DNA of 64,000 nucleotides, taken from positions 262,523 to 326,522 of the forward strand of contig JAJZZX010000001.1 of the NCBI GenBank assembly GCA_021797355.1. Reading direction: 5' to 3'. Position numbers and translations under genes: made by a program. How positions within the stretch are numbered: the first letter of the stretch is position 1; every line of letters starts with the position of its first letter. Origin of the DNA: Thermoplasmata archaeon. GTDB lineage: Archaea; Thermoplasmatota; Thermoplasmata; Thermoplasmatales; Thermoplasmataceae. The notes below the pieces were generated by a model that was not told the origin of the DNA, did no database searches, and saw nothing but the letters and a program-made list of their open reading frames with translations. Below, piece after piece: positions 57,902-64,000 of the stretch.

Positions 57902-58423
57902 TCACCTGCCCCTCCTGGCTGGAATTTCTTCTTCAATGTATTCCTCGCTCTCATCCATTCTTCTCTCTGCCTCCTGGATAGAATCAACAATACTTTCATA
58001 TCCAGTGCATCTGCAGAGATTCCCCGAGATTGCCTCTCTGATCTCCTCCTCGCTGAGCTTTCTTTTCTTGTTCAGGAGCCAGAACGAAGTCATAATCATT
58101 CCAGATGTGCAAAAACCGCACTGCAGCCCGTGCTTATCCACAAAGGCCTTCTGGACGGGATGCAATTTGTTTTCTCCCTTGGACAGTCCTTCTATGGTGG
58201 TAACCTTTTTCCCGTTCGCCTGTGCTGCAAGCACTGTGCATGACTTTACTGCCCTACCATCAAGCAATACAGTGCACGCACCGCAGTTAGTGGTGTCACA
58301 ACCCACGTGTGTTCCCGTTAGACCGGCCACCTCCCTTATGAAGTGTACAAGCAGCATCCTAGGCTCAATTTCAGCTTCCTTCCTCTCACCATTCACTGTT
58401 ATGGATACTTTTAGATTAGACAT
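57902..58423 (-). CDS. xanthine dehydrogenase-family [2Fe-2S] small subunit (CoxS-like)
   Basis: The plant-ferredoxin-type cluster is CDTTNCGACTV and the second cluster is QCGFCTSGM. Confidence 0.9.
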   Translation of the reverse strand: MSNLKVSITVNGERKEAEIEPRMLLVHFIREVAGLTGTHVGCDTTNCGACTVLLDGRAVKSCTVLAAQANGKKVTTIEGLSKGENKLHPVQKAFVDKHGLQCGFCTSGMIMTSFWLLNKKRKLSEEEIREAISGNLCRCTGYESIVDSIQEAERRMDESEEYIEEEIPARRGR

Positions 58424-59293
58424 TTATTTCACCTCCGCCCTGGTCTGTGCCTTTTTAATGGCCTGAACGGAAATTCTTCTCAGGATCTCCTTCTTGTATT
58501 CCACCGATCCGTAAGAGTCGCTGCTGGGTTGAGAAGCGGCAACAACAAGTTCTGCTGCATGCCTGACATTCTCGGCTGTCAGCTTCTTTCCCTTCAGGTA
58601 ATTTTCAGCTTCGCTGGCTTTGAGGGCAGTTGGCCCCATTGACGTTATGGCAATTCCAGCCTTCTTCACAATCTCATTATCAAGCTGCAATTGCACAGCA
58701 ACACCTGCCACTGAGAAGTTCCAGGTGCCTTTTCTGAATTTAACATACGCTCCCCCGGAGGCCGCTGGCCAGTAAGGTACAGATATCTCTGTTAGGATCT
58801 CTCCGTGCTCCAGTGCAGTTACAAAAGTATCCATATAAAAATCCCTGGAATGGACCTCCCTTTCACCGGACTTCCCCCTGATCTTGAACGTGGCATCGAG
58901 GGCAAGCATCACAGACGGCAGATCATTGCTTGGATCCCCATGGGATAAGTTTCCTCCAACAGTACCCATATTCCTTACCAGAGGATCTGCAAGTTGGCCT
59001 AGAGCATCGGACAGTATTGGGAAGTTTTTTCTTACAGTCGGTGAATACTCAAGATCGGCATCAAGGGTCATTGCGCCAATCTTAAGGCTGTTTTTTCCGT
59101 CTGTGATATATGAAATATCCTTCACCTCGGAGAGGCTTATGAGATACGGTATGGAAGTGATCCTGGACTTGAGCAAGGGCAGAAGGCTCTGGCCTCCAGC
59201 CAGAATTTTAGCATCATCTCCATACCTGTTCAGCAAGTCGATCGCCTCGTCCACATCGGTCGGGGCCATATATTCAAAGGCTGGTGGCATCAT
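58424..59293 (-). CDS. xanthine dehydrogenase-family FAD-binding medium subunit (CoxM-like)
   Basis: FAD_binding_5 pattern ...ILAGGQSLLPLLK... and the CO-dehydrogenase flavoprotein C-terminal domain. Confidence 0.85.
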   Translation of the reverse strand: MMPPAFEYMAPTDVDEAIDLLNRYGDDAKILAGGQSLLPLLKSRITSIPYLISLSEVKDISYITDGKNSLKIGAMTLDADLEYSPTVRKNFPILSDALGQLADPLVRNMGTVGGNLSHGDPSNDLPSVMLALDATFKIRGKSGEREVHSRDFYMDTFVTALEHGEILTEISVPYWPAASGGAYVKFRKGTWNFSVAGVAVQLQLDNEIVKKAGIAITSMGPTALKASEAENYLKGKKLTAENVRHAAELVVAASQPSSDSYGSVEYKKEILRRISVQAIKKAQTRAEVK

Positions 59294-59344
59294 ATCTCAA
59301 ACAATGATTCGTCGTATTTAAACAAATTTTTTATGGGATACAGA

Positions 59345-60259
59345 TTATTTTGCTGTTTCTGCGTTTACCCTCTCCTTACCCCAGCTCTCATGATCTCCAG
59401 CTTTTCCCCTCCTGTAGGCTATTATCTGTGCTATTATACTGATGGCGATTTCAAAAGGGGTTACAGATCCAATGTCAATGCCAATGGGGGCGGATATTCT
59501 GGAGAGGAATTCCTCCTTGACACCTGATTTTCTCAGCTCTTGGAAGTCATGGTTTATCCTCTTCCTGCTTGCCATAAGACCGATATAAGCAGGCGAGAAG
59601 GCAGAAAGTTCACGGAGTACTGCTATGTCCCTCTCACCCTTGGTGAGTATAACCAGGAAATCACGCTGGTTTATGCTCAGCGTTTCAAGCTTGAAGTCAA
59701 GGTCCGATATGATCCTGCTTGGTTGGCAGGAGAGAGAGGGGGCGTGATCCACCACAATGACTTCAAATCCGGCTTTTTTCCCCAGTTCCACGAGCCCATC
59801 CTCTATATCATCCTTCCCGCCCTGGCCTATAATTATGAGCCTCTGCAGGGGAAAATAGGGTTCTAGGAATACATCCATTACCCCTCCGCAAAAAGTTTCC
59901 ACAAAAACCTCATCAGGCATCTTCCTAGATATTATTGCGTTAAGGCCCTTGCCTGATTCTTCCAGATGAATCCTTATGGTTCTGGGGAACCCACTCTCCA
60001 TTACTTCAGAGGCCGCATCGAGTATTACTGATTCTGGGCAAGCCCCGCCAAGAGTTCCATAAACAATGTTCCCATCCATAACTACCACCTTGAAGCCTGG
60101 TTTTGCAAGTGACGACCCCTCGGTCTTTACCACTGTGGCGGTGACGAAGGCCCTGCCGTCAGAGATCAGCCGGTGAATTTCCTCGGCAAATCCTATGGTT
60201 TCCATAAGAGAGTGATTACGCACATTACTTATCATCTTTTCTGATTCCAATCCCTGCAA
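59345..60259 (-). CDS. xdhC: XdhC/CoxI-family molybdoenzyme maturation factor
   Basis: XdhC N-domain and Rossmann-like C-domain (IIGQGGKDDIEDGLVELGKKAGFEVIVVD). Confidence 0.75.
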   Translation of the reverse strand: MQGLESEKMISNVRNHSLMETIGFAEEIHRLISDGRAFVTATVVKTEGSSLAKPGFKVVVMDGNIVYGTLGGACPESVILDAASEVMESGFPRTIRIHLEESGKGLNAIISRKMPDEVFVETFCGGVMDVFLEPYFPLQRLIIIGQGGKDDIEDGLVELGKKAGFEVIVVDHAPSLSCQPSRIISDLDFKLETLSINQRDFLVILTKGERDIAVLRELSAFSPAYIGLMASRKRINHDFQELRKSGVKEEFLSRISAPIGIDIGSVTPFEIAISIIAQIIAYRRGKAGDHESWGKERVNAETAK

Positions 60260-60301
60260 CCGCTTACCGTCAATATTATATGTGAGTGTTAATGTACAAT
60301 A

Positions 60302-60910
60302 GTGAAGTTAGCCGCTGCAGTGCTGGCAGCTGGAAGGTCCTTGAGATTTGGTGACCAGAAGATTACTGCAGAGCTCTGCGGAAAAAGAATGGTCTGCTAT
60401 CCGGTTGAGGATTTGAGAAGAGCATCCATCGAGACCATACTTGTAATTCTTAACCCCGAAACAAGCAAGAAGGATATGAGCTGCATATACGGTGCGCGCA
60501 AAGTTGTTAACTATAACTATATGGAAGGGATGGCATCATCAATACGCCTGTCGGTTGACATTGTAAGGGATGATTTCACGCACCTTTTGATAACAAATGG
60601 CGACATGCCGCTATTCGGATGGAAGCATTACGCAGAAATGGTCTGCTTATTGAGGAAAAACAGTACAAGAATCATATCTGCATACAATAGCGGCATCCTC
60701 AGAAGCCCTGCCATTTTCCCGAAGGAGTATTTTGATGAACTCTTCTCGCTCCATGGTGAAGATGGAGGGCGCTCGGTGCTAAACAGGCATAAGCAAGAAA
60801 CAATTCCTTATGAGATCAGCGACACGAACGATCTTATGGACATTGACACCCAGGATGATCTAGAAAGAGCAAGCATTATCCTGTGCGAGAGAGGCATCTA
60901 TAAAATGTAA
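60302..60910 (+). CDS. mocA: MobA-like NTP-transferase; probable molybdenum cofactor cytidylyltransferase (MocA)
   Basis: (M)KLAAAVLAAGRSLRFG is the MobA/MocA N-terminal motif. Start is GTG at 60302. It is divergent from the xdhC operon. Confidence 0.65.
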   Translation: MKLAAAVLAAGRSLRFGDQKITAELCGKRMVCYPVEDLRRASIETILVILNPETSKKDMSCIYGARKVVNYNYMEGMASSIRLSVDIVRDDFTHLLITNGDMPLFGWKHYAEMVCLLRKNSTRIISAYNSGILRSPAIFPKEYFDELFSLHGEDGGRSVLNRHKQETIPYEISDTNDLMDIDTQDDLERASIILCERGIYKM

Positions 60911-60936
60911 TATATCTGCCTTCCCATTACCTTCCA

Positions 60937-61425
60937 TTGGCGCAGATCAAACTCAGAGATAACCTGGAGAATCTTTACAAGGTGCGAACTCTTGTGATAA
61001 TATCATTTGTTCTCACATTCCTGTTGGAGAACCATTATATAAAGTTCCTGGAAGACCCAACACTAACGACTAAATTTGATACGTTCTTCAACAATGAGAG
61101 TCTTCTGGGTCTTTATGGAACCCTTATTGGCCTCCTGCTGACGGCCTACTCCCTCATAGTGACCATTATTCCTCTTTTCTCAGCTGATAGCTTGCAGAAA
61201 CCAATATTCAGCCAGATTAACAGCCTATTTGTATTCACAATCCTTGATGGAATTCTCCTGCTCATAATTTTCTTCGTTGGAGGACTAATACCTGACAACA
61301 CCTCATTCCTCTATCTTGATTCTGAGATATTTTTCTTCCTGTGTTTCCTCATAGGTCTGATATTCTGCGTACTCACTCTTTCGGATCTGTTCAGGATAAT
61401 CAGAAGGCGTGGCGTACGCCGCTGA
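60937..61425 (+). CDS. hypothetical small membrane protein
   Basis: 3-4 predicted TM helices. Only a TTG start is available, so it is a weak gene call. Confidence 0.3.
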   Translation: MAQIKLRDNLENLYKVRTLVIISFVLTFLLENHYIKFLEDPTLTTKFDTFFNNESLLGLYGTLIGLLLTAYSLIVTIIPLFSADSLQKPIFSQINSLFVFTILDGILLLIIFFVGGLIPDNTSFLYLDSEIFFFLCFLIGLIFCVLTLSDLFRIIRRRGVRR

Positions 61426-62013
61426 ATCCAGCTACCCTCCATTAAATGTCCTTGATTATAAGATTGTTCTCTAAATGCCAGGAATCAAATGTTGCTGTGA
61501 CAAGGGATATTTCGGATTTGATTGCAATGACATCAATGGAACAATGGATGACACTTTTAGGAACTATGAGCTTCCAATGAAGTACAGTAGAGGAATAACC
61601 GCAATATAGAATAAGATCGCTGGCGGAGCATCCATATGTCGTCACGTGAGACATATTCCTTTTGGAAATGTAATGGTGACAACTGTGCGGTGAACTAGCA
61701 GAAAGGGCCTATTTCAAAGCCATATCTTACAACCGCATGAGACCCCAATATCTAGATGCGATAGTGTAAACCATCGAAATTTCATAAAAACAGAAAAAAC
61801 GTTGTGAAGTCTCAATTTCCAGGCATATCTTGCATAACTGGCTGATTTCAACAAGAATTGGAAAGATATCGCACTAAATCAGGAGTTTTGCGGAATTATA
61901 CTGGATATTCAGTTTTTAACATATTTGAATTTTACGTTATGTTTCTAGCTAAAATACTAAGAGGTAAGGCATCCGGTTTTAATACAAGCTGACGCTCTTT
62001 AGTCGGTGATAAA

Positions 62014-62427
62014 TTGGCTGAGAAGGCATCAATTGTGCTGGAATCGGGAACTGTTGACAAGCTTATGGCCGGATCAATTATTGTATCTGGCGCCGTGGCC
62101 AACGGAATGGACGTAAACGTATTCGTTACCTTTTGGGCCCTTATGGAGATGAGGAAGAATGCCCCAGAAAACACCAAGCTTGGACCTGAGGGCAAGGGCA
62201 TGGAGAAGCAGCTGTTCTCATTAATGAAAGAAAAGAAGGTACCTTCCTGGAAAGAGACTCTGAAGCAGGCTGCAGAAGTCGGCAATGTCCATGTATACGG
62301 TTGTGCAATGTTCGCTGACCTAATGGGGATAAGGAAGGAAGATCTCGATCCGATGGTAGAAGATGTAATTGGCGTCTCACAATTTGTAGATATGGCAAAG
62401 GATTCCAAGATGACGCTTTTCATTTGA
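62014..62427 (+). CDS. DsrE/DsrF-like sulfur-relay family protein
   Basis: About 137 aa with the DsrE-like fold pattern ..ASIVLESGT..., a conserved Cys (HVYGCAMFADLMG) and a TTG start. Confidence 0.55.
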   Translation: MAEKASIVLESGTVDKLMAGSIIVSGAVANGMDVNVFVTFWALMEMRKNAPENTKLGPEGKGMEKQLFSLMKEKKVPSWKETLKQAAEVGNVHVYGCAMFADLMGIRKEDLDPMVEDVIGVSQFVDMAKDSKMTLFI

Positions 62428-62441
62428 GGTGAGGTGATTTT

Positions 62442-62690
62442 ATGGCAGTAGAAGAGAGTGTTAAGGCAGATAAGATTATAGATGCCAGGGGAAGTTTCTG
62501 CCCCGGTCCACTGATGGAACTCATAAAGGCCTACAAGCAGGCAAAGGTTGGCGAGGTACTGTCAGTATATTCAACTGATAGCGGTACCAAAAAAGATGCA
62601 GCTGCATGGATAAGCAAGTCGGGCAATGAGCTGGTCGGCGTGTTTGACCGTAACGGCTACTACGAGATAATAATGAGAAAAGTAAAGTAG
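62442..62690 (+). CDS. tusA: TusA-like sulfurtransferase
   Basis: [17 protein letters not shown] carries the CPxP active-site motif. A strong GGTGAGGTGA Shine-Dalgarno sits upstream. Confidence 0.8.
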   Translation: MAVEESVKADKIIDARGSFCPGPLMELIKAYKQAKVGEVLSVYSTDSGTKKDAAAWISKSGNELVGVFDRNGYYEIIMRKVK

Positions 62691-62698
62691 TGATATAT

Positions 62699-63838
62699 AT
62701 GGCAAACACCAGAGTTGTGGTGGTAGGCGACGGAGCAGCCGGTATAATAATCTCAAACAAAATTCGCCTCCTCACCGACAGAGACACAGTTTCTGTTAGC
62801 ATAATAGGCAACTCCCGGTACCACTATTTCAAACCAGATGGCATTCACATTCCGCTGAATCTTAAGAACTACAAGGACAGTGTAAAGCCCACGGCATTTC
62901 TTATCAACGCAGGTGTGGAATACGTAAAAGACAGGGTGACAAAGATTGATCACACAAACCGTAAGGTGGAGCTGCAGAGCGGAAAGGTCATGGAGTACGA
63001 TATCCTCATTATAGCGACAGGCGACAGGTTCTCAACGGATGATGTTCCAGGATATTCAGGGAATGCAAACCATTTCTACGATCTGCCATCTTCGGTCAGC
63101 CTGAGACAAAAACTGCGTGAATTCAAGGGAGGAAAGATAGTTGTAGGCCAGTCCAGCATCCCAATTCAGTGCCCTCCTGCACCTTATGAATTCACATTCC
63201 AGCTTCTGGACTATCTGAAATCCAGGGGAATAAGGGACAAGACGGAGGTGCATTACATCTATCCGCTTAACAGGGTATTCACAATGGCAAACGTTGCTGA
63301 AGAGGTACAGAGGCTTTTTGACGAGAAAGGAGTGATATACCATACGCTGTTCAATGTTGAAAGCATAGATGGAGAGAAGAGGACTGTCAACTCCCTTGAG
63401 GGTGAGACTGTTGATTACGATCTTTTAGTACTGGTGCCTCCGCACAAGGGGCAACAGGTAATCACAGATTCAGGGCTCTCAGACGAATCAGGATATATTG
63501 ACGTGGACAGGCATCATCTCAACTACGCTGATTATGACGATCTATTTGCCATAGGGGATGCAACTAACTTGCCAATCTCCAAGGCAGGGGCAACTGCACA
63601 CTTTGAATCTGAGTATCTTGCAAACAGGATTGCTTACGAAACATCTGGGCATGTATATGAAGATGCATATAATGGCGAGGTGGCTTGTACAACGGTCACG
63701 GGGGAGCAAACCGCAATGACTCTGTACTTCTCTTATAGCAAGCCTCCAAGAGCGTGGTACGAAAGCAAGTTTGACTATCTACTGAAGTGGACATCGGCAG
63801 ATACTTACTTTTCAGGTATGCTCAGAGGTATAATGTGA
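62699..63838 (+). CDS. sqr: FAD-dependent pyridine nucleotide-disulfide oxidoreductase, sulfide:quinone oxidoreductase (SQR)-like
   Basis: N-terminal RVVVVGDGAAGII dinucleotide fold, a Cys in IQCPPAPYEF at an SQR-like position and a second Cys near the C-terminus (EVACTT). Length is about 380 aa. The ATG is at 62699; the track start at 62690 is GTG. Confidence 0.6.
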   Translation: MANTRVVVVGDGAAGIIISNKIRLLTDRDTVSVSIIGNSRYHYFKPDGIHIPLNLKNYKDSVKPTAFLINAGVEYVKDRVTKIDHTNRKVELQSGKVMEYDILIIATGDRFSTDDVPGYSGNANHFYDLPSSVSLRQKLREFKGGKIVVGQSSIPIQCPPAPYEFTFQLLDYLKSRGIRDKTEVHYIYPLNRVFTMANVAEEVQRLFDEKGVIYHTLFNVESIDGEKRTVNSLEGETVDYDLLVLVPPHKGQQVITDSGLSDESGYIDVDRHHLNYADYDDLFAIGDATNLPISKAGATAHFESEYLANRIAYETSGHVYEDAYNGEVACTTVTGEQTAMTLYFSYSKPPRAWYESKFDYLLKWTSADTYFSGMLRGIM

Positions 63839-63847
63839 GGTGGCATC

Positions 63848-64000
63848 ATGGAAATTATTGAAAAGGAACAAAACGCCGACGAACCTGTTGACGAAATGGA
63901 GCTTGTTATAGGTAAGATTGGCAAGGAGGCGGAATCCATCCTTTCCATGCTTGAAATATTGGAAAAGCTGGAACAAGCTGGCATAATAAAGCTGCTCAAA
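63848..64000 (+). CDS. hypothetical protein, 5' partial at window edge (acidic, helical; possibly DUF1641-like)
   Basis: ATG at 63848, 10 nt after the sqr stop. MEIIEKEQNADEPVDEMELVIGKIGKEAESILSMLEILEKLEQAGIIKLLK is truncated by the window edge. Confidence 0.3.
   Translation, partial: MEIIEKEQNADEPVDEMELVIGKIGKEAESILSMLEILEKLEQAGIIKLLK

Noticed and set aside
61442-61654. 70-aa minus-strand ORF in the 590-nt gap
   Set aside because: It has no homology-like features and an odd composition, and lies in AT-rich intergenic DNA. It is kept only as part of the non-coding-region finding.
61932-62423. 163-aa minus-strand ORF
   Set aside because: It is antisense to the DsrE-like gene, which is followed in operon by TusA and SQR on the plus strand.

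Overview
This 64-kb window looks like a chromosomal segment from a Thermoplasmatales-like euryarchaeon. The evidence is a proteasome alpha subunit that is near-identical in pattern to Thermoplasma PsmA, an archaeal glycerol-1-phosphate dehydrogenase, the exosome/proteasome superoperon, RpoP, L37ae, and S12/S7 r-proteins. There are no bacterial-type features. Coding density is high and about 60 protein genes can be supported. Many start with GTG/TTG, and several junctions show 1-4 nt stop/start overlap. Two RNA genes are absent from the ORF track: an RNase P RNA (about 20178-20493, minus strand) and a tRNA-Val(GAC) (44975-45046, minus strand). A 44-codon rpoP micro-ORF is also missing from the track. 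Conserved blocks are: (i) the archaeal exosome superoperon psmA-SBDS-rrp4-rrp41-rrp42-rpl37ae-rpoP-pus10-rpl21e-rpoF-DUF655-ksgA at 24.2-31.6 kb; (ii) methylmalonyl-CoA mutase large subunit, B12 subunit and MeaB at 14.0-17.1 kb; (iii) a three-subunit xanthine-dehydrogenase-family molybdoenzyme with XdhC and a divergent MocA at 55.9-60.9 kb. Candidate accessory or novel modules are: a CoA-transferase III + HMGL-like lyase + TcuA/TcuB + LeuC/LeuD cluster at 6.4-13.0 kb, which I infer to be a citramalate/C5-dicarboxylate route; a hemerythrin - small wHTH - hemerythrin triplet inserted right after S12-S7 at 50.2-51.6 kb; a DsrE-like/TusA/SQR-like sulfur module preceded by about 590 nt of non-coding DNA at 61.4-64.0 kb; a visibly AT-richer islet of membrane/ABC genes abutting the tRNA-Val at 40.8-44.9 kb; and a heavily N-sequon-decorated surface protein at 20.6-22.5 kb. 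No CRISPR array, rRNA, IS element or obvious integrated element was seen.
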